Source: Planctomycetota bacterium
GTDB lineage: Bacteria > Planctomycetota > UBA1135 > GCA-002686595
Assembly: GCA_044359355.1 (NCBI GenBank)
Contig: JBIKMH010000014.1
Location: 1-64,000 of the forward strand
Length of the DNA: 64,000 nt
Direction: 5' to 3'
Made by a program: the position numbers and the translations under genes. This document shows positions 9,974-21,948 of this stretch, piece after piece; positions within the stretch are counted from its first letter, which is position 1, and every line of letters starts with the position of its first letter. The notes beneath the pieces were generated by a model that saw only the letters and a program-made list of their open reading frames with translations, was not told the origin of the DNA and ran no database searches.

Positions 9974-10651
9974 CTAGCCCAGGTCCTTGCCGATCGAGCC
10001 CCGCAAGAGCTCGTGCAGGCGCGCTTCCGCCCGCCGCAGCAGCATCCGCACGGCATCTTCCGTGCGGCCTCCCAGCCGCTCCCCCGCTTCGCGCAGCGAG
10101 AGGCCCTGGAACACGACCAGCGTGATCGCCTCGCGGTGCTCGGGCGAGAGCTCGTCCAAGGCCTTGCGCAGATGCTCGTAGTTTTCGACGCGCTGCACCT
10201 GCATCGTGACCGACAGATCCTTGGCGGGCGGGTCGTACGCGGGCGCAGCGTCGCCCGTGGAAGTCGGCGAAGATTCGAGCGCGCGCTCGCGGCCCTGATC
10301 GCGCTTGCTGGCGGAATAGAATTCGGCCTTGTCGCGAATCTTGTTCTGCAGGATCTGCATCAGCCAGCGCACCAGCGAGGACTCGCCGCGGTATTCGTAG
10401 TGGACGATGTCGCGCGTGGCTTCGCGGAAAGTCGTCTGGGCGAGATCGTCGGGCTCTTCCTTGAGGCGCAGCTTGGGGCCGATATTGCGGCGTGCCGCCG
10501 CCAGCAGCAGTTGGTGGTAGCGCTGGAACAGCTGATTGAGCGCTTCGGTGTCGCCAGCCTTGGCGCGCGCGACCAGCGCGGCGGTCTGGTCGTTCTCGAA
10601 GCCCTCGGGCAGCCGGTCTTCGGGCGGGGTCTGCTTGGGATCGTCGCTCAT
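9974..10651 (-). CDS. ECF-type RNA polymerase sigma factor (sigma-70 family)
   Basis: Region 2 (DTEALNQLFQRYHQLLLAAARR...DLAQTTFREA) and region 4 (LSPEHREAITLVVFQGLSLREAGERLGGRTEDAVRMLLRRA). Confidence 0.9.
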   Translation of the reverse strand: MSDDPKQTPPEDRLPEGFENDQTAALVARAKAGDTEALNQLFQRYHQLLLAAARRNIGPKLRLKEEPDDLAQTTFREATRDIVHYEYRGESSLVRWLMQILQNKIRDKAEFYSASKRDQGRERALESSPTSTGDAAPAYDPPAKDLSVTMQVQRVENYEHLRKALDELSPEHREAITLVVFQGLSLREAGERLGGRTEDAVRMLLRRAEARLHELLRGSIGKDLG

Positions 10652-10673
10652 GAGTGTCGCCGCAGTCTACTGC

Positions 10674-12794
10674 CTAGGCGCGACCGATGCGCTGGAGGAA
10701 CTCCCGCTCGTCGAGGACCGCGATGCCAAGTTCGGCCGCGCGCCGGGCCTTGGAGCCGGGCTTGCCGCCCTGAACCAGAAAGTCGGTGCGTGCGCTGACG
10801 TCGGAGCCCACCTTGCCACCCTGCTCCTCAACGAGTTGCTTGGCTTCCGCACGGCCGAGAGCTTCCAGCGTGCCCGTGAAGACCACCGTCTTGCCCGCGA
10901 AGGCCCCGCCGCCCGCGGGCGGACGGGGCGCTTCGATCCTGACGCCCAGTTCCAGCAGCCGTTCGACGAGCCTGCCGTGCTCGGGTTCCTCGAACCAGTT
11001 GCGGATCTTCGCGGCGACTTCGGGCCCGATGCCGTCGACATGTTGCAGCTCTTCCAGACCGGCGGAACGGAGCGCCTCGAGCTCGTGAAAGTGCAGGGCC
11101 AGCAGGCGCGCGGTGGCGCTGCCGACATCGGGGATCGCCAACGCCACCAGGAAGCGCGCCAGCGGCAGCGTGCGGCGGCGTTGCAGTTCCTCAAAGAGCT
11201 TGCTGACCATCTTCTCGCCCCAGCGTTCGAGCCCGACGAGCTTCGCCCGGAGCAAGGGCTCGCGGTCGAGCCGGAACAGGTCGGCCGGCGAGCGCAGGAT
11301 CCCCGCTTCGAACAGCTGGGCGATCTGCTTCTCTCCGATGCCATCGATCTCGAAGGCGCCATCGCCGGCGAGGATCAGCGTGCGGCCGACGAGCTGCGGC
11401 GGACACTGCGGGTTGGGACAGCGCCAATACTTGCCTTCCGCGAGCGCCTGCGCGCCGCACACCGGGCAGCGCGCGGGCATCGCGTAGACCTCGCCAAACT
11501 GATGGCTGATGCCCGGACGGACCTTGCCGAGCACATCGAAGAGCTCCTCGGGAGTCTCCTTGGCCCACGAGGCCGGTGCCTTGCCGGAGGCACTCTTGGC
11601 GATGCCCGTGATCTGCGGGATGACATCGCCGGCGCGCCGCAGGAAGACGCGGTCGCCGATCTTCAAGCCCAGGCTGGCGACATGGTCGGCATTGTGAAGC
11701 GTCGCATGCCGGACGGTGACCCCACCGACCTCGACGGGCTCGACATGCGCGCGCGGTGTCAGGCGGCCGCCATTGCCCACCATCGTCTCGATCGCGCGCA
11801 GGGTGCTGGTCGCCTCCAGCGCCGCGAACTTGTGCGCGTACTGCCAGCGCGTCGAACGCGAAGTGCTGCCCAGGCGGGCGCGCAGCTCCAGCCGGTTGAG
11901 CTTGACCACCACGCCGTCGATCTCGAAGGGCAGCTCCTGACGCTGGCGCTCGAACTCGGCGTGGGCCCGTATCGCGGACTCGATGCCCAGAACCGAGCGC
12001 GCGTAGCCCGTGTGCGAGAAGCCCCAGGCGCGCAGCGTCTCCATCACCTCCGTCTGCGTCCTGAGGTCGAGGCCTTCGAGCTGCGGGGCCGACCAGGGAT
12101 GAAATTCCAGCGGATAGCGCGCGACCTCGGCCGGATCGTTGCGGCGCAGCGCGCCCGAGACGGTGTTGCGCGGGTTGGCGAAGGTCGGCAGACCCTCCGT
12201 TTCGCGACGGGCGTTGAGCTTCTGAAAGGCATCCCGGCGCAGCAGCACCTCGCCGCGCACTTCGACGAGGCGCGGGATCGCGTGGCCGCCCTCCGCCAGC
12301 CGCAGCGGCAGGTTGCGGATCGTGCGCAGGTTGGCGGTGATCTCCTCGCCCTCGACGCCGTCGCCGCGCATCGCGCCGCGCACCAGCACGCCTTGCTCGT
12401 ACAGCAGCGCCGCGCTGACCCCGTCGTACTTGGGCTCGAGGATCCACTCCAGTGCATCGCCGTTTTCGAGCTGGAGAAAGCGCAGGACGCGCGCCTCGAA
12501 CTCGCGCACCTCCTCCGCGCTGAACAGGCTGTCGATCGAGAGCATCGGCACCTGGTGCTTCACGATCCGGAACCCGGCGCCCTCCGGCACGGGGGCGCCG
12601 ACGCGCTGCGTGGGGCTCTCAGGCGTCACCAGCTCGGGGTGTTCGGCCTCCAGACGCTTGAGGCGCGCGAACAGCTGGTCGTACTCCTTGTCGGAAAGCT
12701 CAGGCCTCGATTCGACGTAGTAGAGCCGGTCGTGGCGGCGGATCTCCGCGCACAGTTCCGCGTGCTGACGGGCGAGGCTTGGGTGCGCGCTCAT
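10674..12794 (-). CDS. ligA: NAD-dependent DNA ligase
   Basis: Adenylation motif EPKYDGVS, OB, Zn-finger (CPVCGAQ...CPNPQCP), HhH and C-terminal BRCT. Internal ATG at 12794. Confidence 0.95.
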   Translation of the reverse strand: MSAHPSLARQHAELCAEIRRHDRLYYVESRPELSDKEYDQLFARLKRLEAEHPELVTPESPTQRVGAPVPEGAGFRIVKHQVPMLSIDSLFSAEEVREFEARVLRFLQLENGDALEWILEPKYDGVSAALLYEQGVLVRGAMRGDGVEGEEITANLRTIRNLPLRLAEGGHAIPRLVEVRGEVLLRRDAFQKLNARRETEGLPTFANPRNTVSGALRRNDPAEVARYPLEFHPWSAPQLEGLDLRTQTEVMETLRAWGFSHTGYARSVLGIESAIRAHAEFERQRQELPFEIDGVVVKLNRLELRARLGSTSRSTRWQYAHKFAALEATSTLRAIETMVGNGGRLTPRAHVEPVEVGGVTVRHATLHNADHVASLGLKIGDRVFLRRAGDVIPQITGIAKSASGKAPASWAKETPEELFDVLGKVRPGISHQFGEVYAMPARCPVCGAQALAEGKYWRCPNPQCPPQLVGRTLILAGDGAFEIDGIGEKQIAQLFEAGILRSPADLFRLDREPLLRAKLVGLERWGEKMVSKLFEELQRRRTLPLARFLVALAIPDVGSATARLLALHFHELEALRSAGLEELQHVDGIGPEVAAKIRNWFEEPEHGRLVERLLELGVRIEAPRPPAGGGAFAGKTVVFTGTLEALGRAEAKQLVEEQGGKVGSDVSARTDFLVQGGKPGSKARRAAELGIAVLDEREFLQRIGRA

Positions 12795-12798
12795 GAGC

Positions 12799-13230
12799 TC
12801 AACGCAGGTGCTTGGGCAGGAACGCCGCCGGCAAGAGATCGGCAAGCGTGGTCGTGACGAATTGCCTGCCGGGGCCGGCCACGAACAGCTCGAGATCGGG
12901 CGCGAACTCCATCAGCACCTGCCGGCAGGCGCCGCAGGGCATCACCACGCGCGGCTGGTTGGTCGCGATCGCGATCGCACGAAAGCGGCGCACGCCCGCC
13001 GCAACCGCGCTCGCCACCGCCGCCCGTTCGGCGCAGATCGTCAATCCGTAGCTGGCGTTCTCGACATTGCAGCCGATGTACAGGGAGCCGTCCTCGGCCA
13101 GCAGTGCCGCGCCCACGCAGACCTTGGAGTACGGACTGTAGGCCTGAGTGGCGGCCGCACGTGCGGCCGCCACCAGTTCGCGCAACTGCGGTGCGGAGGG
13201 CCTAGAACTGGAAGTCTTCTTCTTCGCCAT
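12799..13230 (-). CDS. cdd: Cytidine deaminase
   Basis: CAERAAV...PCGACRQ zinc-binding motifs. 143 aa from internal ATG 13230 (MAKKK...). Confidence 0.85.
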   Translation of the reverse strand: MAKKKTSSSRPSAPQLRELVAAARAAATQAYSPYSKVCVGAALLAEDGSLYIGCNVENASYGLTICAERAAVASAVAAGVRRFRAIAIATNQPRVVMPCGACRQVLMEFAPDLELFVAGPGRQFVTTTLADLLPAAFLPKHLR

Positions 13231-13696
13231 TCCGCAGAGGTTCGCGCCGTCCCTTCCAGCCGTCAACCGGCGCGAGGCTTTCGGGCGCCTCGATGCTGCC
13301 TGGCGGCAGCGGCTCGTAGCCCAGATAGGGCACGCGCATGCGCACCGTGCGGCGGCCCGTGACCGGGTCTTCGCGCTCCTCGGGCACGATCTCGACCAGC
13401 GCTTGGCGCGAGATGAGGTCGGCGGGTTCGATCTCCAGCACGCCGCGCACATCGACTCCCAGCGCCTCGAGCACTTTCTTGACGCGGAAGATGCCGCGTT
13501 CGGACCAGGTCAGGGAGTCCCAGGCCGCCGTGCGGCCGGCGAATTCGCCGCTGACCACCTCCAGCCGATAACTCCAGCGCGCGCTGCCCTCTCGCGACAG
13601 CCCCTCGCGCACCTCGGCCACCCGGCAGTGGTGCTTGCCCTCGGGAACGGTGATGTAGGAATCCAGATCAGGAACGGAACTGAAATCAAAGCGCAT
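13202..13696 (-). CDS. Hypothetical protein
   Basis: 164-aa ORF (MRFDFSSVPDLDSYITVPEGKHH...) overlapping the cdd start by ~29 nt. No recognisable motif. Confidence 0.4.
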   Translation of the reverse strand: MRFDFSSVPDLDSYITVPEGKHHCRVAEVREGLSREGSARWSYRLEVVSGEFAGRTAAWDSLTWSERGIFRVKKVLEALGVDVRGVLEIEPADLISRQALVEIVPEEREDPVTGRRTVRMRVPYLGYEPLPPGSIEAPESLAPVDGWKGRREPLRNGEEEDFQF

Positions 13697-13788
13697 GTGG
13701 CCCTCCTTCGCGGACCGGTCGGTTCACCCGAATGGACGGCTCCCGGCGCCGACATTCGCGCACGAAGCCGAAAAAATCGGCGGCGGAT

Positions 13789-14898
13789 TCAGCCCCAGGC
13801 CCGCGTGCCCGGACCGGTCGCGGCGCGGAAGACCCGCTCCATGTTGCCGCCGAGGATCTTCTGCAGCGCAACCTCGTCGTAGCCGCGCGCGCGCAGGCCC
13901 TGCGCGATGCGGCCGTAGCAGCCCGCGTCCTCGACGCCTTCCGGCGTGCGCAGGATCCCGTCGTAGTCCGAGCCCAGCCCGACGTGATCCACGCCGGCAA
14001 CCGAGACGGCGTGGTCGATGTGCTCGAGCACGACCGAGAGCGGCAAGGGTCGGGCGTTTTCCTGCAGGTACTGGCCCTGGCGCAGGAACAGTTCGGTGTC
14101 GCTGCCGCCGCTGAGGCTCTTGTAGCCGGGCGTCTCGCGCACGCGCGCATCCTCGGCCTGCCCCTCGGCCGAGAGGAACGGCACGCAGAAGACGATTCCG
14201 ATGACCCCGCCGTTCTGACGCAGCGCGCGCAGTTGCTCGTCATCGAGGTTGCGCTGGTGGCCGTGGAGGCGTTTGCAGCCCGAGTGACTGGCGATCACGG
14301 GCCGCTCGCTGACCTCGAGCGCGTCATAGAACGAGCGCTCGCCAGCATGCGAGAGGTCGATCAGCATGCCCAGCCGGTTCATCTCGCGCACGACCTCGCG
14401 TCCGAACTCGCTCAGGCCCTCGGGCACCTCGGGCCCGGGGTTGGGCTGGCAGGAGCGGATCCAGCGCAGGTGGTTGTTCCAGACCAACGTCAGCACCCGC
14501 ACGCCACCGTCAAAGAACGCGTGCAGGTGTTCGAGCCGCTCCTCGATCGAGTGCCCGCCCTCGATCCCCGGGATGCCCGCGATCCGGCCGACGGCGCGCG
14601 CTTCGTCGAGCTCACGGCCGTTGCCCGTTCTTTGGATCAGGTCGGGGTGTCGCCGCGTCAGCAGGTGGAACTGATCCAGCAGCGCCTGCGTGCGCGCGCG
14701 CGCACCGCCCAGTTCCGGCGCGATGAACTTGGGATCGACCCAGTTGACCAGCACGACCGCTCCCAGCCCCCCCTCGCGACCGCGCACCAGATCGAGCTGC
14801 CCGGCGGTGCGAGTGCCGAGATCGTGGCCGAGGTCGAGTTGACGCTGCAGCGAGTCGACATGCGCGTCGAAGACAGGGTAGGGACTGGGATCGATCAC
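13789..14898 (-). CDS. Membrane dipeptidase (peptidase family M19, renal dipeptidase-like)
   Basis: FDAHVDSL..., DLSHAGERSF, IASHSGC, GLGSDYDG motifs characteristic of M19. Confidence 0.9.
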   Translation of the reverse strand: MIDPSPYPVFDAHVDSLQRQLDLGHDLGTRTAGQLDLVRGREGGLGAVVLVNWVDPKFIAPELGGARARTQALLDQFHLLTRRHPDLIQRTGNGRELDEARAVGRIAGIPGIEGGHSIEERLEHLHAFFDGGVRVLTLVWNNHLRWIRSCQPNPGPEVPEGLSEFGREVVREMNRLGMLIDLSHAGERSFYDALEVSERPVIASHSGCKRLHGHQRNLDDEQLRALRQNGGVIGIVFCVPFLSAEGQAEDARVRETPGYKSLSGGSDTELFLRQGQYLQENARPLPLSVVLEHIDHAVSVAGVDHVGLGSDYDGILRTPEGVEDAGCYGRIAQGLRARGYDEVALQKILGGNMERVFRAATGPGTRAWG

Positions 14899-15075
14899 CG
14901 CTCCTGAGTCTACTCACTGAGATTGCCCCCGCTGCCGGGACTTTTCGAGCTCTAAGTCATGAACAGCCATGAACTTGCGGCCAGCCGAGCCGCCGAGGCG
15001 GCCAGGACACCTCAAGTCCTTGTCGAACAGGGGCTTAGCTCGGGAGAAGTCCACGCTTGGGGAGCAGTCTCCGGT

Positions 15076-16215
15076 TCAGTACTCCGAGGGCTCCTCGGGC
15101 GGGAATTCCTCTTCCATCGTCGCCAGTTCCAACTCGGGTGCGGGAGGGCTGGAGCCCAACCCACAGTGCTCCCTTTCGGCGAGCACCCAGTCGCCGTACC
15201 AGAAGCCAAGCCCGCCGAGTTGTCGGCCGCTCAGCCGGCGGGACTGGCGGTGTTCGGGCGCAAAGTAGCTGAGCCAGTGGCCGAGCAGTTGCTCCGACTG
15301 CGGGTCCGGCCCAGGGAGGGCATCGAGCACCACCGGCAGCGCCTCGGACCCCAGCCGGGTCAGCGTCCGCAGCGAGATCACGGCATCGCCGCCGATCTGA
15401 TTGTCAACGAGGTGCTCAACGGCGCGCTGGGCCACCTCGTAGCGCATCCGTCCGCCCCGCTCGAAAGCCAGCAAGTAGCCCGCCTCCCGGCCGCGCTCAT
15501 CGTCGGCGCGGCGCCAGATGCGCTCGATCGTCGGCAGCGCCAGCGCGCGGTATTCGCCGTGCAGTTGGAAGGCGGCGTAAGCGTTCTGCTCCAGACTGAA
15601 GGAAAGCGTGTAGGTGTGGACGAGCTCTCCGGCGGCGCTGCGCACCTCGCGCGGGAAGTGCTGGGGATGCTCGAGGCTCTCGGCGAGCACGCCCGCGAGC
15701 GCCCGCTGCTCGGCCGGGTCCGTCAGCGGGAGATCCGAGAGGATGTAGCCTGCCAGACCGCGCTGCTGGGCATCCGGGGAGCGCAGCGCCGCCAGCAGCA
15801 GCGGTTTCGCCTGCTCGAGATGCGACCACAGCTCGTAGGCGGCGCGGGTCGCGTTCCAGTTGACCTCATCGTCGCGCAGGTCCTCGATCCAGCGCAGCAA
15901 CTGGCTCTCCGTGACCGGCGCGGGAGCATCCGCCGGCAAGCTGACGGGGACGGGGACGCTGACAGCCAGCACTGGCGAAGGAACGCGCGCGGGAGCGCCC
16001 TCCCATTCGAGCACCACTGCCGCTGGTGGTTGCGCCTGCCGCACCGACGAGGAATCGATCGATGGCCCCGGCAACTCGGCCGCTTCGACGGGACGCGGCG
16101 AATGCGCTTCGAGCCACAGCCACAAAGCGCCCACCAGCGCCAGACACAGACAGACGCCTCCCCTCAGCTTTTGCATCGCCACCCCTCGACGCGCAAGGTA
16201 TCGAGCGCAGGCCAA
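15076..16215 (-). CDS. Secreted hypothetical protein with HEAT/ARM-like repeats
   Basis: Signal peptide (MQKLRGGVCLCLALVGALWLWLEA), Pro/Ala-rich linker, then repeats of the type PLLLAALRSPDAQQRGLAGYILSDL. Confidence 0.5.
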   Translation of the reverse strand: MACARYLARRGVAMQKLRGGVCLCLALVGALWLWLEAHSPRPVEAAELPGPSIDSSSVRQAQPPAAVVLEWEGAPARVPSPVLAVSVPVPVSLPADAPAPVTESQLLRWIEDLRDDEVNWNATRAAYELWSHLEQAKPLLLAALRSPDAQQRGLAGYILSDLPLTDPAEQRALAGVLAESLEHPQHFPREVRSAAGELVHTYTLSFSLEQNAYAAFQLHGEYRALALPTIERIWRRADDERGREAGYLLAFERGGRMRYEVAQRAVEHLVDNQIGGDAVISLRTLTRLGSEALPVVLDALPGPDPQSEQLLGHWLSYFAPEHRQSRRLSGRQLGGLGFWYGDWVLAEREHCGLGSSPPAPELELATMEEEFPPEEPSEY

Positions 16216-16229
16216 AACTGCCCGCGAAT

Positions 16230-16661
16230 TCAGCGCTTTGCCTGCCGCAGGAAGTAATCCTCCCCATTTTCGGGACGAAAACAGGTTCGAATGCGGCCAT
16301 CTGGGTCAAAAGCGACAAATGCTCCGTTTTTGCGATCAAATCGGGTGATGACCTCATCAGCGCGTCGGCGCTCGAGCACGCTGGCGGACAGCGGCGCATC
16401 GCGCAGAGCCTGCGCACGAGCCAGATACTCCTCCTTGCTGCGCGCCGAGAACTCCGCGCCGTGCTTCTCGAAGTGCTCCTGCAGCGAGCGTGCCGAGGTG
16501 AAGCCGACCGAAGCACCGAAAGCCTGACCGGCCCTGGGCGACTCGACGGACGCCGGGGTGGAAGAGCCGCGCAGTTCCGGCTCCCACCAGTTCTGCCCCA
16601 ACAGGGCGCCCAGGATCAGCACGAGCACCCCGACCAGCCCCAAACGCCGCTTGGATCGCAT
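16230..16661 (-). CDS. Small membrane-anchored hypothetical protein
   Basis: N-terminal TM (RLGLVGVLVLILGALLG). Soluble domain contains HFEKHGAEF. Ends 15 nt upstream of the next gene on the same strand. Confidence 0.45.
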   Translation of the reverse strand: MRSKRRLGLVGVLVLILGALLGQNWWEPELRGSSTPASVESPRAGQAFGASVGFTSARSLQEHFEKHGAEFSARSKEEYLARAQALRDAPLSASVLERRRADEVITRFDRKNGAFVAFDPDGRIRTCFRPENGEDYFLRQAKR

Positions 16662-16852
16662 GGCAGGGAGCCTAGAAAGCCCAGTGGCGACCCGCCAGAA
16701 CTGCAGCCCCGGCGGGCCGCCTGCCTTTCTGGCACCCAGCCCTGCCTCGCGAGCCCCAGGGAGTGACTCCGCAAACGCTTGTCAGACAGAGGCTTAGAAA
16801 GGCACCCCGCCACATCTGGCTCGGCACGGCCTTTGCTGTGGGCGCCTCAACT

Positions 16853-17248
16853 ATGGCCTTCCACCGCCGAGTTCTCGTCGCCGATGACGATCGCGATCTG
16901 CGTTCGTGCGTCGTCGACCTGCTGCGCGGTTGGGATCTCGCCATCGTCCAGGCCGAATCGGGCACCGAGGCGCTGGAGATCCTGCGCCGGGAACGCCCGA
17001 ACCTGGCCCTGCTCGACATGCACATGCCCGGCTACACCGGACTGGAGCTCGTCAGCCTCGTGCGCAAGGAGACGCTCGACATCCCCTGCATCGTCCTTTC
17101 GGGCGACGCCACGGATGCCGTGCGCTCGATGGCGCTGGAGGAGGGCGCGCTCGCGGTCTTCCGCAAGCCCCCGGAGCCTCGGCTTCTGCGGGCTGAGGTG
17201 GCGCGGGCCTTGGGCATGCCGCCGTTGCCGGGAGGCTTCGCCTGCTGA
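16853..17248 (+). CDS. Single-domain response regulator (CheY-like receiver)
   Basis: VLVADDDRDLR...LDMHMPGYTGLEL...IVLSGDA receiver motifs. No cognate kinase nearby. Confidence 0.85.
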   Translation: MAFHRRVLVADDDRDLRSCVVDLLRGWDLAIVQAESGTEALEILRRERPNLALLDMHMPGYTGLELVSLVRKETLDIPCIVLSGDATDAVRSMALEEGALAVFRKPPEPRLLRAEVARALGMPPLPGGFAC

Positions 17249-17332
17249 TCAGCGCGTGCCGCTCCACTTGCGGGGCGCGCAGCCTTTTTCCTCATTTCCA
17301 CCCCTGAAGACCTTTCATCCCCAGAAACTGTC

Positions 17333-17665
17333 ATGAGCACCAAGACCCAAGCCAAGCCCACCACCTCCAAGAAGTCCGGCGGCGTCCGCCCCCTCGGTGA
17401 CCGCGTCCTGATCAAGCGCGCCGAAGCCGAAGCCAAGACCGCCGGCGGCATCCTGCTGCCCGAGAGCGCCAAGGACAAGCCCAAGGAGGGCACCGTGATC
17501 GCGGTCGGCGAGGGCCGCACGCTGGACAACGGCAGCCGGTCGAGCTTCTCGGTCAAGGTCGGCGATACCGTCCTGTTCACCTCCTACGCCGGCACCGAAG
17601 TCAAGTACGGCGGCGAGGAGTACCTGATCATGCGCGAGGAAGACATCCTCGGCATCATCGAGTGA
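17333..17665 (+). CDS. groES: Co-chaperonin GroES
   Basis: [45 protein letters not shown]... Confidence 0.95.
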   Translation: MSTKTQAKPTTSKKSGGVRPLGDRVLIKRAEAEAKTAGGILLPESAKDKPKEGTVIAVGEGRTLDNGSRSSFSVKVGDTVLFTSYAGTEVKYGGEEYLIMREEDILGIIE

Positions 17666-17704
17666 CCCTGACGCAACCCGCACACCAACCAGGAAAGCAC
17701 ACAC

Positions 17705-19318
<1,614 letters not shown>

Positions 19319-19337
19319 TCGTCAGCCGTGAATTTTC

Positions 19338-19375
19338 GCGCGGGCCGCATCACCTAGAGGTGACGCGGCCCGCGC
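19338..19375 (+). terminator. GC-rich hairpin downstream of groEL (putative terminator)
   Basis: GCGCGGGCCGC-atcacctagaggtgac-GCGGCCCGCGC, an 11-bp perfect stem 20 nt after the groEL stop. No T-run, as is common in high-GC genomes. Confidence 0.5.
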
Positions 19376-19429
19376 TCCTTTCATGCAGGAGAAGTGAATG
19401 TCCGTCAGCCCGATGCGTAAAATCCGGCC

Positions 19430-19750
19430 ATGATCTGCACCACCACCCCCACCATCGACGGCCACCGCACCACCCGCGTCATCGGCATCGTCTCCGGCGA
19501 GACAATCCTGGGCGCCAATATCTTCCGCGACTTCCTCGCCGGCATCCGCGACATCGTCGGCGGCCGCTCGGGCGCTTACGAGACCGTCCTGCGCGATGCA
19601 CGCAAGACAGCGCTCGAAGAGATGTCCCGCGAAGCGCAGAGTCTCGGCGCCAACGCGGTCGTGGCCGTCGACATCGACTACGAGACCGTTGGCAACGGCA
19701 TGCTGATGGTCACCGCTTGCGGCACAGCGGTCGTGATTCAGCCTGGATAG
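19430..19750 (+). CDS. YbjQ/UPF0145 family protein
   Basis: 106 aa with [35 protein letters not shown]... Confidence 0.8.
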   Translation: MICTTTPTIDGHRTTRVIGIVSGETILGANIFRDFLAGIRDIVGGRSGAYETVLRDARKTALEEMSREAQSLGANAVVAVDIDYETVGNGMLMVTACGTAVVIQPG

Positions 19751-19782
19751 TCTCCTGCGCCGTCTTGGCGTAGCATCAGGAC

Positions 19783-21225
19783 ATGCGATGCCTGACCGCG
19801 CTGTCTGTCCAGCTGCTCCTCATCGGCTGTCATTCGGCGCCCAAGCCGGCTCCCAATGCAGCCGTCCCCAGTTTTGATGCGCGCTTCAGCGGTTCCACGC
19901 TGCGCCTGGACTACGTGCATTGCGGAACGGCCCAACAAGAAGCGATCGCGCTGCTGGGCTATCGACTGGAAGGCGAGTGGGCCGGCAGTCGCACGCAATG
20001 GGTCGATCGCTCCGATACCGGCAAGTACCGCTTCCGCATGTTCGACAAGGCCACGGGCAGCGAGCTGTACTCGCGCGGCTTTGCCAGCATCTACGGGGAG
20101 TGGGAAACGACAGGGGCGGCCAAGCAAGGCTGGGGCAGCTTTCAAGAGTCCCAACGCTTTCCCGAACCGCGCGCCAGTGTCTTCCTTGCGCTGGAGAAAC
20201 GCGCTGCCGATGGTCGCTTTGCCGAGTTTTGGCGCACCGAACTCGACCCCCAGAGCCGTTATGTCGATCGCTCCGCACTTGCGGCGGTCGGCGAGGTCAT
20301 CACGCTGCGCGAGAACGGGCCCAGCGCCAAACAGGTGGACTTGCTGATCGTCGCCGACGGCTACACCGCCCAGCAACGCAACAAGTTCGTCGCCGACGCC
20401 AAGCGCCTGTCGAACATTCTGCTCGCCACTCAACCCTTCGCTCGCCATGCGCAGCGCTTCAGCGTGCGCTGCCTGTTCGTGCCCACTCAGGAAGGCGGGA
20501 TCTCCAACCCGCGCAAGGGCATTTGGAAGGACAGCGCCTTTGGCTTGTCTTTCAACGCCTTCGACAGCGATCGCTATGTGCTGACCTACGAGGACCAGAC
20601 GCTGCGCAATGCAGCCGCGCAAGCGCCTTACGATGCGCTGATTCTGCTCTTCAACGAGCGCAAGTACGGTGGCGGAGGGATCTACAACCTGTGGGCCACC
20701 GTCGCCAGCGACACCGAGCCGGCACCGTATGTCTTCGTGCACGAGTTCGGGCACAGCTTTGCGGGCCTGGCGGATGAATACTACAGCTCTCAAGTTGCCT
20801 ACGAAGAGTTCAATCCCGCAGGCATCGAGCCGTGGGAGCCCAACGCGACGGCGCTGCTCGATCCCGCGAAGCTGAAGTGGAAGGATCTCGTCGACCCCTC
20901 CACCCCGCTGCCGACGCCCTGGAACCAGGCGCTCTACGACAGCGTGGATCTCGAGTACCAGAAGCAGCGCGCCGAGGCGATCGCAGCCCAGGCCAGCGAG
21001 GAGCGCAACGAGGAGCTGATGCGCGAGATCAAGGCCCAGACCGCGGCGCTGCTCGCGAACGAGCCCTACCGTGGCAAGGTCGGGGCCTTCCAGGGCTCGA
21101 TGTACGAGGCCAAGGGGCTCTACCGTCCGGAGGTCGATTGCATCATGTTCTCGCGCAACCCGACGAGCTTCTGCAGGGTCTGCGAGCGCGCGCTGGAGCG
21201 CATGATTCGCATGTACACCGAATGA
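19783..21225 (+). CDS. M64-family zinc metallopeptidase (IgA peptidase-like) lipoprotein
   Basis: Lipobox LLLIGC; HEFGHSFAGLADEY zinc motif. Confidence 0.8.
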   Translation: MRCLTALSVQLLLIGCHSAPKPAPNAAVPSFDARFSGSTLRLDYVHCGTAQQEAIALLGYRLEGEWAGSRTQWVDRSDTGKYRFRMFDKATGSELYSRGFASIYGEWETTGAAKQGWGSFQESQRFPEPRASVFLALEKRAADGRFAEFWRTELDPQSRYVDRSALAAVGEVITLRENGPSAKQVDLLIVADGYTAQQRNKFVADAKRLSNILLATQPFARHAQRFSVRCLFVPTQEGGISNPRKGIWKDSAFGLSFNAFDSDRYVLTYEDQTLRNAAAQAPYDALILLFNERKYGGGGIYNLWATVASDTEPAPYVFVHEFGHSFAGLADEYYSSQVAYEEFNPAGIEPWEPNATALLDPAKLKWKDLVDPSTPLPTPWNQALYDSVDLEYQKQRAEAIAAQASEERNEELMREIKAQTAALLANEPYRGKVGAFQGSMYEAKGLYRPEVDCIMFSRNPTSFCRVCERALERMIRMYTE

Positions 21226-21237
21226 TCGGGGCTCCGA

Positions 21238-21948
21238 TCAGGCCTGCAGGTAGCGCTCGAGGAGCGCACCGAGTGCCCGGTCGTAGGTCTGATTGACCTC
21301 GTCTACGGCTCCTGCGGTGACCGCCAGATCCTTGAGCAGACCGTTGTGCAATCCGTAGACCCAACCGTGCACATTCACGACCTGGCCGCGCTGCCACGCC
21401 TCACGGACCACCGTGGTGCGACAGACATTGCGGGCCTGTTCGAGCACATTGAGTTCGACCAGTGCGTCGCACTGACGGGACTCTGGTAGGCTCTTCAGAA
21501 AGGCGGCGTGCGAGTCGCGCACGTCCTGTACATGGCGCAGCCAGTTGTCGACGAGTCCCGCGCGATGGTTGTTGAGCGCCATTCGCACTCCGCCGCAACT
21601 GGAGTGACCAACGATGATGACGTGCTTTACCTTCAAGACGTCGATCGCGAAGTGGATCACCGAAAGCGCGTTGAGGTCGGAGTGGACCACCAGGTTGGCA
21701 ACGTTGCGATGCACGAACAGTTCGCCAGGCATCAGGCCAACGAGGTCGTTGGCGGGCACCCGGCTGTCCGAACAGCCGATCCACAGATACTCCGGGGACT
21801 GCTGGGACTGCAGCTTCTTGAAGAAACCTGGTTCGCGGGTTTCCGTCGCTTCCGCCCAGACACGATTCTTCGTGAATAGCTGCTGTAGGTTGGAACTCAT
21901 TGGGGGGCTGCGGATGTTAGCACCGACGCCGCCTGTCCGCCCCCCCAT
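21238..21948 (-). CDS. Beta-class carbonic anhydrase
   Basis: CSDSRVP and HSSCGG zinc ligands. Possible starts at 21948 (1-nt overlap with the upstream stop) or at the internal ATG 21900. Confidence 0.9.
   Translation of the reverse strand: MGGRTGGVGANIRSPPMSSNLQQLFTKNRVWAEATETREPGFFKKLQSQQSPEYLWIGCSDSRVPANDLVGLMPGELFVHRNVANLVVHSDLNALSVIHFAIDVLKVKHVIIVGHSSCGGVRMALNNHRAGLVDNWLRHVQDVRDSHAAFLKSLPESRQCDALVELNVLEQARNVCRTTVVREAWQRGQVVNVHGWVYGLHNGLLKDLAVTAGAVDEVNQTYDRALGALLERYLQA

Noticed and set aside
17249-17704. CIRCE (HrcA) operator upstream of groES or groEL.
   Set aside because: No TTAGCACTC-N9-GAGTGCTAA-like inverted repeat in either leader. A sigma32-type -35/-10 pair could not be placed with correct spacing either.
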